A program made the position numbers and the translations under genes. A stretch of 25,738 bases of DNA from positions 1 to 25,738 of IMG/VR virus record IMGVR_UViG_3300025270_001884. The stretch is one strand, 5' to 3'. Of this stretch, positions 25,619 to 25,738 are shown piece after piece (position 1 is the stretch's first letter; each line of letters opens with the position of its first letter). Under the pieces are notes generated by a model. That model saw nothing but the letters and a program-made list of their open reading frames with translations. It was not told the DNA's origin and did not search any database. This stretch comes from a virus (taxonomy: Duplodnaviria; Caudoviricetes).

Positions 25619-25738
25619 CGCGGGTTAGCGTGAAAAAGTAGGAGACGGCGGTAAAACCGGTTAGTTTTGAGTTCGCCAAAACAACAAACCTGACCGACTC
25701 ACCGCCGTCCCTATGAATGCTAATCCTCTTGCCCTGTT
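25616..25738 (+). mobile_element. Possible insertion sequence left end with long hairpin preceding an ATG (25713)
   Basis: Abrupt end of phage coding and drop in GC. Inverted repeat GACGGCGGT (25644-25652) / ACCGCCGTC (25701-25709) with an inner imperfect stem, followed by ATG AAT GCT AAT CCT CTT GCC CTG running off the window. Family not determined. Confidence 0.4.

Noticed and set aside
23943-25628. 561-aa plus-strand ORF (also 20122-21654, 18975-20273, 13467-14516, 11362-12420, 2457-3206)
   Set aside because: Antisense shadows of well-supported minus-strand genes in GC-rich DNA, with no recognisable motifs.
1-25738. CRISPR array, tRNA or rRNA genes
   Set aside because: No regularly spaced repeats or structural RNA gene signatures were seen, and nearly all sequence is accounted for by CDSs.

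Overview
The window joins two blocks, both encoded on the minus strand. Right part (~12816-25618): the tail and baseplate end of a Mu-like (transposable, contractile-tailed) prophage, with DUF2635, sheath, tube, a frameshifting chaperone, tape measure and gp43-gp48 homologues. Where Mu has long tail fibres, the Gin-invertible segment and mom, this prophage has an 89-aa tail-fibre N-terminal stub, a 116-aa unknown protein and a complete diversity-generating retroelement (DGR): Mtd-like target with VR, avd, TR, structured spacer and reverse transcriptase. TR (14103-14241) and VR (14649-14787) match over 139 bp with 10 mismatches, all at TR adenines, which is the signature of past mutagenic retrohoming. 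The target-recognition hairpin lies inside the avd coding sequence, and a 12-bp long-range RNA helix with two G-U pairs brackets the TR. The RT gene is the last gene before a candidate Mu-type right end at 12816. Left part (1-12702): a defence island with SNF2 helicase, DUF4391, an IetA-like AAA ATPase plus IetS-like S8 protease, type III Mod, RhuM and type III Res. The res gene is interrupted at 122/123 by an IS3-family element. A second possible IS end lies at the right edge (~25616-25738). All family assignments are by motif recognition and gene context; no searches were run.
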